This document shows positions 48,463-57,596 of a stretch of DNA of 64,000 bases, piece by piece. Each line of letters opens with the position of its first letter. The first letter of the stretch is position 1. The translations under genes and the position numbers were made by a program. The DNA is from Candidatus Latescibacterota bacterium (GTDB lineage: Bacteria > Latescibacterota > UBA2968 > GCA-2709665), in the NCBI GenBank assembly GCA_965208835.1, contig OZ242358.1, positions 4,896,001-4,960,000 on the forward strand, given 5' to 3'. The notes under the pieces were generated by a model. It did no database searches. It saw nothing but the letters and a program-made list of their open reading frames with translations, and was not told the origin of the DNA.

Positions 48463-50010
48463 ATGGCCGACGCACACGGAAAAGACGCACTGATCGTAAC
48501 CGCCGATCCGGATATGGGCCAGTCCCTGCGCTCGGAACTGGAAGCACAGGGATGGAAGACCGTTCTGACCAATAGCGTGGGACCGGTGCCGAAGCTGCTC
48601 AGGCGCGGAGACGTCGGCCTGGTCCTCGTGGACGAGGCAAACCTCGCGCGCGCGGTATCGGACCCGGACTGCCCCCTGCCGGCGAGCTCAAGCGACGTTT
48701 CCCTCCTGGTTTTCCTGACGCCGGAAAAACGCCAGGACCGTACGCTGCTTCAGGGTCTGGAACCGCGGGCCATCCTGGACCTGCCGATGGACGTCGAGCA
48801 GGTCAGACAGGCGCTGCAGCTGGTCGCCGACCAATCCGTGTCGGCCGTGGACACGGACCTGCTGGGCAATTCAGAAGCCATCCGGCGAATCAGGGAAACC
48901 ATCCGTCAGATCGGTCCGGTGCCCGTCAGCGTACTGATCACCGGCGAGAGCGGTTCCGGCAAGAACATGGTGGTCCAGGCGCTGCACCGGTACAGCGCCC
49001 GGGGCAACGCGAGGCTCATTACCGTGAACTGCGGGGCCATTCCCGAGACCCTCCTGGAAAGCGAACTCTTCGGCCACGAAAAGGGCGCGTTCACGGACGC
49101 GCGGACCCGGAGGCAGGGCATCTTCGAGGCCGCGGACGGCGGCACCGTCTTTCTTGATGAAATCGGCGAGATGACCCTCGCGGCCCAGGTCCGCCTGCTG
49201 CGCGTGCTGGATACCCGGGAGATCACGCGCCTGGGAAGCACGGAGCCGATCACCGTGGACGTGCGGGTACTCGCCGCAACGAACCAGGACCTCGAGCAGG
49301 CCGTCAGCCAGGGGCGCTTCCGAAGCGACCTCTATCACCGCCTCAAGGTCGTCGAGCTTCGGGTGCCGCCGCTGCGGAGCCATCCGGAAGACATTCCCAT
49401 TCTGGTGGACCACTTCATTCAGATTTACCTGAAGGAACACGGCGTACCGCCCATCGAACTGGACGAGAGGGCGATGGACATCCTGCTCAACTACCGCTGG
49501 CCGGGCAATATCCGCGAACTCCGGAATCTGATCGAACGGCTGATGGTCCTTTCCGTCAACCGCAGAATCGGGCCGGCCGAAATCACGCAACACCTTGAAG
49601 GCATGGACCCTTCGCAGGTATCGGGACTTCCGGCTTCCAACCTCCCCGTCCAGGTGGGAAAGACGCCTGAGGAATCCCAACGCGACCTGCTGTACTGGGC
49701 CGTCCTCGAGGTCGCGAAAGACATCAAGGAACTCAAAGCCTACCTGATGGAGAACCCCGCCGGACTGCCCTCCCTGCCCGTCTATTCCCAGGGCGCCCCA
49801 CCTGTCGCGGACCGCGTCGCGGAAGTCGAATACACGGAAGCCGACGCCGCGCCGCCTCCCGGCGACGACGTCAAGTCCCTCCGTGAAGTGGAACGCGAGA
49901 CCATTGTCCGGGCGCTCAGGGCCACCGGCGGCCACCGCAAACGCGCGGCCGTTCTGCTGGACTTGCCCGAGCGCACGCTTTACAGGAAGATACAGCAGTA
50001 CGGGCTGTAG
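48463..50010 (+). CDS. Sigma-54-interacting transcriptional regulator (degenerate receiver, AAA+, Fis HTH)
   Basis: GESGSGK, LESELFGHEKGAFTDA, FLDEIGE, WPGNIREL, C-terminal HTH. Confidence 0.92.
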   Translation: MADAHGKDALIVTADPDMGQSLRSELEAQGWKTVLTNSVGPVPKLLRRGDVGLVLVDEANLARAVSDPDCPLPASSSDVSLLVFLTPEKRQDRTLLQGLEPRAILDLPMDVEQVRQALQLVADQSVSAVDTDLLGNSEAIRRIRETIRQIGPVPVSVLITGESGSGKNMVVQALHRYSARGNARLITVNCGAIPETLLESELFGHEKGAFTDARTRRQGIFEAADGGTVFLDEIGEMTLAAQVRLLRVLDTREITRLGSTEPITVDVRVLAATNQDLEQAVSQGRFRSDLYHRLKVVELRVPPLRSHPEDIPILVDHFIQIYLKEHGVPPIELDERAMDILLNYRWPGNIRELRNLIERLMVLSVNRRIGPAEITQHLEGMDPSQVSGLPASNLPVQVGKTPEESQRDLLYWAVLEVAKDIKELKAYLMENPAGLPSLPVYSQGAPPVADRVAEVEYTEADAAPPPGDDVKSLREVERETIVRALRATGGHRKRAAVLLDLPERTLYRKIQQYGL

Positions 50011-50148
50011 AAAAGCGGGGAGACGTAAGCCGGGAGAGGGTAGAGATTTCCTGCCCTGTGAGGTTTCCTCTCGTGCCGAAGGCAAGAAGGAATAACATAC
50101 CGGCAAGGGTTTCTTCTCCCGTCTACCGTCTTACCTCTACCCGTTTTT
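50011..50148 (+). repeat. Heptamer-armed hairpin element, copy O (minimal form)
   Basis: AAAAGCGGGG...core...CCCGTTTTT. Confidence 0.85.
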
Positions 50149-50249
50149 CGGAACCTTTGCCCCGCCTTTCGGGTCTAACACCCGTAAACCAGGGTGTCAT
50201 CCTCGAATCTTCATGTAGACCATAACACAGTAGAAAGGGGCACTTCCCG

Positions 50250-51713
50250 ATGTCGATACAATCCATCCGCTTTCGGCAACTGACGCTTCTCATGGGCCTG
50301 TGCATTGTCGCCGGCGCATTCACGACGCCGGCATTCGCCTCCGAAGACCAGGCCATCGAGCAGCTTCGGAACCTCAACAAGGCCTTTACGAGCATTGCCG
50401 AGCGGGTTACGCCGACTGTAGTCACCATCAGCACCAGAGAGACCGTTTCCGGCCGAGGCTGGTCCCGGCGAATGCCTGAATTCTTCAATCCCTATTTTCG
50501 GATGCCGCGGGGCCGGGAACGGCAGGAGGAACGCCCGGGACTCGGCTCCGGCATTATCGTGACCGCGGACGGGTATATTCTGACCAACCACCACGTCGCG
50601 GGGCGAGCGGACGAGATCACCGTGATCCTCAATAATAATGAGGAGTTCGAAGCCCGGCTGGTGGGCACCGATTCACTCACGGACGTGGCGGTCATCAAAA
50701 TCGATGCGGAAGGCCTCCAGGCCGCCCCAATCGGCAACTCCGACGAGGTCCAGATCGGTGAGTGGGTCATGGCGGTCGGCGCGCCGCTGGCCCTGCGGTC
50801 GACCGTCACCTCCGGCATCGTCAGCGCGCTGGGCCGAAACCTCGATGTCATTCGCGATCGGGAAGGTTTCGCAGTCAATGACTTCATCCAGACCGATGCC
50901 GCCATCAACCCCGGCAACTCGGGCGGGGCGCTGATCAACCTCGACGGAGACGTCATCGGCGTCAACACGGCCATCGCGTCGAGTACCGGACAGTTTGTCG
51001 GGTACGGTTTCGCCATTCCGATCAACCTGGCCAAGAAAATAATGGATGATATCGTCGCGCATGGCGGCGTCCGCCGTGGTTTTCTCGGCATAGGCCTGAG
51101 GTCCGTCGATGCGGGTCTTGCCGACGCGTTCGGCCTGGACCGCCCGCGAGGGGTATTCATCTCCAAGGTATATTCAGACACCCCCGCGGACGTCGCCGGG
51201 CTCAGGGAAGGAGACATTATCCTGACCATCGATGGCGAAGAGGTCAATCGTTCGAACCACGTACAGAGCCTGATTACGCGAAAGCGACCCGAGGAGTCCG
51301 TTACGGTGAAAATACACCGGAAGGACAGGATAATCATGCTTCCGGTCAAGCTGGGGGAAAAGCCCTCGCGGATCGGCGACATAGCCACGGCCAGGACGCC
51401 GGCCGGACAGTCCGAGTTCCATGGCCTCACCGTGAGCAACATCACCCCTGAAATGGCGGAAAGATGGGGCCTGGAAGTCGGAATGGACGGCATTCTCGTG
51501 ACCGACGTGGCCGCCGGAAGCCGCGCCGCGAGAGCCCGCTTTGAGCGGGGAGACATCATCTTCAAGGTCCGCCAGGGGAATTTCGAACGGGATGTCCGTA
51601 CCGTGGTCGATTTCAAGGCATCCATGCGCAAACTCGAAAAGGGCCGAAACGCAGCATTTTTCGTCCGGCGGGGAACGCACAACCTGTTTCTGACCATGAA
51701 GACTCCTGAGTAG
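50250..51713 (+). CDS. DegP/DegQ (HtrA) serine protease with two PDZ domains
   Basis: GSGII, TNHHV, DVAVIK, IQTDAAINPGNSGG. Confidence 0.95.
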   Translation: MSIQSIRFRQLTLLMGLCIVAGAFTTPAFASEDQAIEQLRNLNKAFTSIAERVTPTVVTISTRETVSGRGWSRRMPEFFNPYFRMPRGRERQEERPGLGSGIIVTADGYILTNHHVAGRADEITVILNNNEEFEARLVGTDSLTDVAVIKIDAEGLQAAPIGNSDEVQIGEWVMAVGAPLALRSTVTSGIVSALGRNLDVIRDREGFAVNDFIQTDAAINPGNSGGALINLDGDVIGVNTAIASSTGQFVGYGFAIPINLAKKIMDDIVAHGGVRRGFLGIGLRSVDAGLADAFGLDRPRGVFISKVYSDTPADVAGLREGDIILTIDGEEVNRSNHVQSLITRKRPEESVTVKIHRKDRIIMLPVKLGEKPSRIGDIATARTPAGQSEFHGLTVSNITPEMAERWGLEVGMDGILVTDVAAGSRAARARFERGDIIFKVRQGNFERDVRTVVDFKASMRKLEKGRNAAFFVRRGTHNLFLTMKTPE

Positions 51714-51764
51714 GAAGGCAGGCGCGGCGCGCGTCTGTTCGGGTCACCAGGACGATTCGTACGA

Positions 51765-51801
51765 AGAAAGCCCGGCGGGAATGCACGCCGGGCTTTCTTC
51801 T
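51765..51801 (+). terminator. Intrinsic terminator
   Basis: AAGAAAGCCCGGCG...CGCCGGGCTTTCTT. Confidence 0.75.
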
Positions 51802-51819
51802 TGCCGTCAGCTGTCAGCC

Positions 51820-52020
51820 AAAAGCGGGGAGACGGGAGAGGGGAGAGGGGAGAGGGGAGAAGACCACACCCCACCCTGCCACCTGGTGAGAGGGGAGACG
51901 TTAGACGGGAGAGATTGCCTGCCTTGTGAGGTTTCTTCTCGTGCCGGAGGCAAGCAGTAGAAAAAATATCGGGCGAAGATTTCATCTACCGGCTTCCGTC
52001 TACCCTCTCCCCGCTTTTTC
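51820..52020 (+). repeat. Heptamer-armed hairpin element, copy P
   Basis: (GGGAGAG)n arm plus core, subtype of copy C. Confidence 0.85.
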
Positions 52021-52058
52021 GCGACCTCTCCCCCCGGCATCTAAGAAACAGCCCGTTT

Positions 52059-53813
52059 TTACGGGCCGTTCCTGTTGATTTTAATCACGTAGGTCTTGGG
52101 CGCTTCCGTGGTGTGTATCACCGTGAAGCGTTTCGGATATGCTTTTATTGCAGGTATAATGTACTTCAGTTTTTCCTTGAAAAACGGGATGTTGTCCAGC
52201 AGGATGTAGTCGTATTTCATCAGCGCCCGGAGCGCTTCAACGGGGTCCTCGACGCGAGGGTAGCCATTCGTCTCCCGCCCGGACCAGAACCAGACAAGGC
52301 CCGGCTTCCGCGTGGTGACCCGGCATTGTGCAGGGGTATTGTCCCTCATCCAGACGCTGGCCTCGTAGTACGACTTCCAGTACTTCCCATAGCCCGGCGT
52401 CATCCGGCGCGCTCGTACGGTTCCAAAATCCACGAACAGGGACGGCAGCAGGAATACGCATGCCAGAAACACGGGACTGTGCCTGACCAACACCCGGCGC
52501 TGAAATACTGCCAGGACTCTGCCCGGTGGCAGATTGCGTGAAGACCGTTTGGACCGTGAGATGGATTCCGGAAATCGGTTGCAGATCTTTTCCACGCCCT
52601 TGAAAATGTAAAAGACGATAAACGGCAGGACGGGAAGGAGATATCGATCCGGGGAACCGGGCAGGGTGAATAGCGTGGCAGCGTAGCCCAGGAAGTACCA
52701 ATCGTGGACCTCGAGGCTCCGCAAGAGCGAGAGGGGATTCCTGTTCGCCGGCCTTCTCCCGAACACAAATCCGATTCCGATCAGTATCAGAACGAGCCAG
52801 CCGATGAGGCTCCATTTTTCGAAAATTGGCAACTGCCTCATGTAATCTCCGGGAAGAAGGAGATATTCCAGGTTTTTCAGATAGCCGGCCGGGTTCTTCT
52901 GAAGGAAATAATAGAAGAAATTCTGCCAGAAGGAGCCCACTTCGCCCTCCGGAATATAGACACCTCTGGCGATCTGGTTTGTCATTCCCAGATAGCCCTG
53001 GGACTCCGGAAAGTTAACCTTCAGATAAATCGCCCAAGGCAGGACCCAGATGGAGGCGAATACAGCGAGGAGCAGCGGTTTCTTCACTTCCTTGCGAAGC
53101 ACCAGATATATCGCTGCCGCAATGACCAGGTAAATGGACGGGGACTTCACGTGGTAAGCCCAACCCACGGCGCAGGCGGCGGCGATCAACCAATTCAAGG
53201 AGATGCCGGGGCGCCTGATATACTGAAGGATAGCCCAGAGGGCGAGCAACGAGAAAGCGGGAAAGGGCATGTCCGCCGTGACGACGTTGGAATACCTCAC
53301 CGCCAGCCAGAAGGCGCCCGAGATCAGGGCTATCAGAAGCGCCCGGCTGTCATCGATAAATCCCCGGAGGACCAGGAACGTGCAGAGCGGAAACAGGATG
53401 CCCGATACGGCGATCGTGACTTTCAGTGCGGGAACACTGGCAGGAAACAGAATGACGGCGGGCATCAGCATGGTTTTCACGCCGAGACCGTACTGACTGT
53501 CTACGACCCCTTTGCCCTGAACCAGGCGCCTGGCGTCCCTGATGTACGCGATATTATCGCCGATAATCTCCACCCATTCGTTGCAGGTCAGGAGGTACAG
53601 GCCGCAAATGGCAAGGGTACCCGCCAATGCTGCATACATATACCTGTGTTTCGGTATCTGCCGGAACGCGGCCAGCGCGGCGACACACAGAATCACCAGT
53701 GAACACGCCATGACAGGCACGGCCGTGGCAATGTTGAGTTGGTGAATACACTGAAAAACCAGCAAGATAACCAGACAATACGGAATGATGAGACTGAGAC
53801 GCCGCACGTTCAT
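52059..53813 (-). CDS. Polytopic GT-C fold glycosyltransferase (ArnT/PMT-like)
   Basis: GDNIAY..ARRL, many TM helices, RYLLPVLP. Confidence 0.65.
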   Translation of the reverse strand: MNVRRLSLIIPYCLVILLVFQCIHQLNIATAVPVMACSLVILCVAALAAFRQIPKHRYMYAALAGTLAICGLYLLTCNEWVEIIGDNIAYIRDARRLVQGKGVVDSQYGLGVKTMLMPAVILFPASVPALKVTIAVSGILFPLCTFLVLRGFIDDSRALLIALISGAFWLAVRYSNVVTADMPFPAFSLLALWAILQYIRRPGISLNWLIAAACAVGWAYHVKSPSIYLVIAAAIYLVLRKEVKKPLLLAVFASIWVLPWAIYLKVNFPESQGYLGMTNQIARGVYIPEGEVGSFWQNFFYYFLQKNPAGYLKNLEYLLLPGDYMRQLPIFEKWSLIGWLVLILIGIGFVFGRRPANRNPLSLLRSLEVHDWYFLGYAATLFTLPGSPDRYLLPVLPFIVFYIFKGVEKICNRFPESISRSKRSSRNLPPGRVLAVFQRRVLVRHSPVFLACVFLLPSLFVDFGTVRARRMTPGYGKYWKSYYEASVWMRDNTPAQCRVTTRKPGLVWFWSGRETNGYPRVEDPVEALRALMKYDYILLDNIPFFKEKLKYIIPAIKAYPKRFTVIHTTEAPKTYVIKINRNGP

Positions 53814-54538
53814 TCTCCGGAAAAGCGGTATTTGAGGAGGGTTTTGATATTGACGAAGAAATCTGTCCAGCGCACCTTCTTCCCGGCGCTCACGTCCCGA
53901 CCCGTGTACGTAATCGGGACGTCAACGATTCGGCAGCCTCTTTTCAGGAGTTTGGCCGTAAGTTCGTGCTCCAGATCGAAGCCGTCACGCACCAGTGAAA
54001 TCTCACGCACGGTATCGGTCCGGTAGAGTTTGTACCCTGTGCACAGGTCCGTAATCCGTGAGAGAAAGAGGAGATTCGTAAACCAGGTGAGCAGTTTGTT
54101 GGCGATGAAGTTCGGCAGCATCATGCCTTCGATATTGCCCAGGAAACGAGAACCGAACACCGCGCCGATGGAAGGGTCCCGAAGAAACGGGGCGATCAGC
54201 TCGGGGTAGTCTTCGGGTGCGTATTCCAGGTCGGCATCCTGGATGAGGGCCCATTCTCCGGTCGCGTGGTCCAGGGCCGTGCGAACGGCCGCGCCCTTTC
54301 CCCTGTTTAAAGGATGGCGCACGACCCTGATGCCATCATCCTTCAGTGTCCTTAAAATAGCTTCGGTACCGTCAGTTGACCCGTCATCAACGACGATGAT
54401 TTCTTTGTCAACGCCTTCCTGAACCGGTACGGCCCTGACGCGGTCGATCACGGCGCCAAGCGTATTCGCCTCGTTGTAAACGGGAATCATGATGGAAAGC
54501 AGGTTTTTCCGTGAGGTTGTGTCAGAACGCGTGTTCAC
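53810..54538 (-). CDS. GT2 polyprenol-phosphate glycosyltransferase (DPM1-like)
   Basis: IPVYNE, VDDGSTDGT, NRGKGAA, IQDADLEY, GSRF; coupled start/stop overlaps. Confidence 0.9.
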   Translation of the reverse strand: MNTRSDTTSRKNLLSIMIPVYNEANTLGAVIDRVRAVPVQEGVDKEIIVVDDGSTDGTEAILRTLKDDGIRVVRHPLNRGKGAAVRTALDHATGEWALIQDADLEYAPEDYPELIAPFLRDPSIGAVFGSRFLGNIEGMMLPNFIANKLLTWFTNLLFLSRITDLCTGYKLYRTDTVREISLVRDGFDLEHELTAKLLKRGCRIVDVPITYTGRDVSAGKKVRWTDFFVNIKTLLKYRFSGE

Positions 54539-55638
54539 GTGGCGCATCCCGGTGAAACCTGCTTCACCTTCAGGCCGGCGGGATCGACCGTGGCGGGAAG
54601 GATCCGCGCCGTGGGCACAGCGGACAATACTTCGCACCAGGCGGCCGAGAGTCCGGGTACGATATCGGCATGCGGCGCAAGCGCCCAGACGCAGCCGCCG
54701 TTGCCACTGCCCGCTGTTGCGAATCCCGCGCCGAATTCGGTGCAGACGGCCTGAAGCTTTTCTCCGAGCACGGTCATTCGGGCCGGCACGATCGCGCAGC
54801 GAATCGCGGTTTCCTCGTCCATCAACCTGCCCGCGGCCTCCCAGTCAGTCCGTTTCAGCGCCTCGGCGAACTCCGTGGCGATTTCATTGACGCGAAACCA
54901 CCGGCCGCGATGTCGACCTGCCAGGAAATCCTCGACCTGCCGACTGTTGACGTCGTTGGAATCATGCGGTTTGCCAATGTAGGCGATCAGTAGCCGGTCA
55001 CTGAGGGCGGCGTACTGGTCAGGCGGGAGAATCGCCGTCCTGAGAAACTTTCCACCCGGGTTTCCGTAGGTCCACCGCCAGGTGTTTACGCCCCCGTACG
55101 CGGCAGCGCACTGGTCCTGCCGGCCGGTATAGGAGAACCGGAGGCCGTCTTCGATATTGTAGACGATCTCCACGATTTCCTCCGGGGAAAGACGCTCGCC
55201 TCCAACCCGTTCTCTTGCGAGGGAGAGCGCTCCGGCCAGGGCTACGGAGAGCGTGCCGGACCCGCCCACGCCGCTGCGGGGCGGGCAGCCGTACGAGATC
55301 TCGATTTCGACGCCGCCCAGCGCGAAATGAGCCGCAATCGCGAACAGGAGTCCGAAATGGCCCGTCATGTCGGGCGCGTCCGCGAGATACGTCTCGCGAT
55401 GAAATTCGTCCAGAATCCGGACGTAACCCGGTCTGTACGCTCTGAGGCGGATGCTTGTGCGCACGGAAATGGCGATATTGGTGGTGGACGGATTGCGGCT
55501 GGCGTAGGGCAGTGCGAAACACTTGAGGTCCCACGTGCCGCCAACGTCCAGCCGGCAAGGCGCGGAAGACAGGATTTCGACCGTTTGCAGATGATCGCTG
55601 AGATCGGTGAATGCTTCTGGCATAGTTGTAGCCGTCAC
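54535..55638 (-). CDS. GHMP-family sugar kinase (HddA-like)
   Basis: APCRLDVGGTWD, PPRSGVGGSG, GRQDQCAAAYGG, GSGNGG. Confidence 0.85.
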   Translation of the reverse strand: MTATTMPEAFTDLSDHLQTVEILSSAPCRLDVGGTWDLKCFALPYASRNPSTTNIAISVRTSIRLRAYRPGYVRILDEFHRETYLADAPDMTGHFGLLFAIAAHFALGGVEIEISYGCPPRSGVGGSGTLSVALAGALSLARERVGGERLSPEEIVEIVYNIEDGLRFSYTGRQDQCAAAYGGVNTWRWTYGNPGGKFLRTAILPPDQYAALSDRLLIAYIGKPHDSNDVNSRQVEDFLAGRHRGRWFRVNEIATEFAEALKRTDWEAAGRLMDEETAIRCAIVPARMTVLGEKLQAVCTEFGAGFATAGSGNGGCVWALAPHADIVPGLSAAWCEVLSAVPTARILPATVDPAGLKVKQVSPGCAT

Positions 55639-55712
55639 GATAGGTTCAACGAGGGCGACCGGCCGGTCGCCCCTACAATTGCAATGAAGGCGCGGCGAGT
55701 GCTGAGCTCTCA

Positions 55713-55848
55713 GAAGCGGGTAGACGCAAGACGGGAGAGGGTAGAGATCGCATGCCGTGTAAGGTTTCTTCTCACGCCGCAGGCTAGTCGGAGGAACAAA
55801 TCGGCAAGGACTTCCTCTCCCGTCTACCGTCTTACGTCTAACCGCATT
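55713..55848 (+). repeat. Heptamer-armed hairpin element, copy Q (divergent)
   Basis: Core CATGCCGTGTAAGGTTTCTTCTCACGCCGCAGGCTAG...TCGGCAAGG. Confidence 0.75.
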
Positions 55849-56785
55849 ATGCCCTTGGATGGAAAGTCCGGTGGACCTCTTTGAGGTATTCGCGGTCGAC
55901 GTGGGTGTAGATCTGCGTTGTCGAAATATCCACGTGGCCCAACATTTCCTGCACGGCCCGGAGGTCGGCGCCGCCTTCCAGCAGATGGGTCGCGAAAGAG
56001 TGACGCATCGTGTGCGGGCTGACCGATTTCCGGATACCGGAGTTCTGAACGTATCGCCTCAAAATCTTCCATACGCCCATTCGCGACATGGCCCCGCCGC
56101 GAAAATTCAGGAAAACCGTATTTCCCGACGCCGCACCGCTCAGTTCCTCACGTGCGCCCGTCAGATAGCGATTGACCCACGCCACGGCTTCCGTTCCGAT
56201 GGGTACGACCCGCTCCCGGCTGCCCTTGCCGATCACGCGAACCACCTCCAGGTCGAACAGGAGATGCAACCGTTCCAGGCCGATCAGCTCCGAAACCCGT
56301 AGACCCGCTCCGTACAACATCTCAAGCAGCGCGCGGTCCCGAAGGCCCAGAAGCGTCTCCACGTCCGGCTCCACCATCAGGCGTTCGACTTCGTATATGT
56401 TCAGGACGGATGGCAGTTTCCGCCCCAGTTTGGGCGACTTCATATGCTCGGTGGGGTCGTTTTCGATCATTCCCTCCGCGTGCAGGTACCGATGAAACAT
56501 CCGGACGGCAGTCAGGTTTCTCGCCACGCTGGACGCTTCCAGGCCGAGCTCTCCCAGCAAGTGAAGAAACGCGGATACGTCCGCCTGGGACACCTGGACG
56601 GGCGTTGTTACGCCCCGCGCCTCCAGAACCGTGGCGTACCGGTCCAGGTCCCTGGCATAGGCCGATACGGTATTCTCAGCCAGACCCTGCTCCAGGTGCA
56701 CGTAATCCATAAACCCGCGCAGCGCGTTGCGCCATTCCGCCGTCAGGCGTTGCTCGCCCGTATCAAAATCGGTCTCGACCGTCAT
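55847..56785 (-). CDS. xerD: Site-specific tyrosine recombinase XerD
   Basis: RDRALLEMLYGAGLRVSEL, SPHTMRHSFATHLLEGGADLRAVQEMLGH..ISTTQIYTH. Confidence 0.95.
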   Translation of the reverse strand: MTVETDFDTGEQRLTAEWRNALRGFMDYVHLEQGLAENTVSAYARDLDRYATVLEARGVTTPVQVSQADVSAFLHLLGELGLEASSVARNLTAVRMFHRYLHAEGMIENDPTEHMKSPKLGRKLPSVLNIYEVERLMVEPDVETLLGLRDRALLEMLYGAGLRVSELIGLERLHLLFDLEVVRVIGKGSRERVVPIGTEAVAWVNRYLTGAREELSGAASGNTVFLNFRGGAMSRMGVWKILRRYVQNSGIRKSVSPHTMRHSFATHLLEGGADLRAVQEMLGHVDISTTQIYTHVDREYLKEVHRTFHPRA

Positions 56786-57314
56786 TCCCGCGTTCTCCCT
56801 TACCCCCGTTTTCCTCCAACGCCAGCAGGGCGGCTTTCCATTCGCCGCCGTAAGCGAAGCCCGTCAACGCCCCGGAAGTCCCCACAACCCGATGGCATGG
56901 CACCACGATTACAAAGGGGTTCTTCCCTAGCGCGGCGCCCACCGCGCGTGCGGCTTTGGGGCGACCGACGGCATTCGCGACGTCGCTGTAGGTACGCCGC
57001 ACGCCATATGGAATATCTCGAGTCGCTCTCCAGACCATCCCCTGAAAGGCCGTAAAGCCGGACATGTCAGGGAGGTCGTGAAACCGCACGGGCTCGCCGG
57101 AAAAGTAACCGGCCAGCGCGTCGATGAGGCGCTGGCCCGCGGGGTCCGGGGGATCGCCCTCAATCAGCGCGGGACGGGCGATATCCACCCGCCCGATGCG
57201 CCCCAACCGGATCGACGCCAGCCGGGTTCCGTCCCAGGCAACCTCGACCCGCCCCAGGGGTGTCTGAAGGACGGCGGATTGAATGGCCGAAGCCGTGCCG
57301 TTTCCGTTTTTCAT
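56763..57314 (-). CDS. ogt: Methylated-DNA--protein-cysteine methyltransferase
   Basis: IPYG..RTY, ARAVG, VPCHRVV. Confidence 0.92.
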   Translation of the reverse strand: MKNGNGTASAIQSAVLQTPLGRVEVAWDGTRLASIRLGRIGRVDIARPALIEGDPPDPAGQRLIDALAGYFSGEPVRFHDLPDMSGFTAFQGMVWRATRDIPYGVRRTYSDVANAVGRPKAARAVGAALGKNPFVIVVPCHRVVGTSGALTGFAYGGEWKAALLALEENGGKGERGNDGRDRF

Positions 57315-57353
57315 TGCGTTCTCCACGTTAATGGGCCTTTTTCCCGGCCCCTC

Positions 57354-57581
57354 AGAAGCGGGTAGACGTAAGACGTTAGACGGGAGAGGACCACACCCTG
57401 CCCCACCACCTGGTAAGACGTAAGCCGGGAGAGGGGAGAGATTTCCTGCCTTGTGAGGTTTCTTCTCGTGCCGGAGGCAACGATGAATAACATACCTGGC
57501 AATGATTTCATCTACCGTCTTACGTCTCCCGTCTACCCGCATTTTTTCTACCGTCTACCCTCTACCGTCTAACCACCTTTT
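57354..57581 (+). repeat. Heptamer-armed hairpin element, copy R
   Basis: Module, core and extended right arm. Confidence 0.85.
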
Positions 57582-57596
57582 GGCATTCCGACATTC

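Noticed and set aside
55847-56785. Integron/phage integrase acting on the hairpin repeats as attC sites
   Set aside because: The protein is a typical XerD without the IntI insertion, and the hairpins lack RYYYAAC/GTTRRRY ends.
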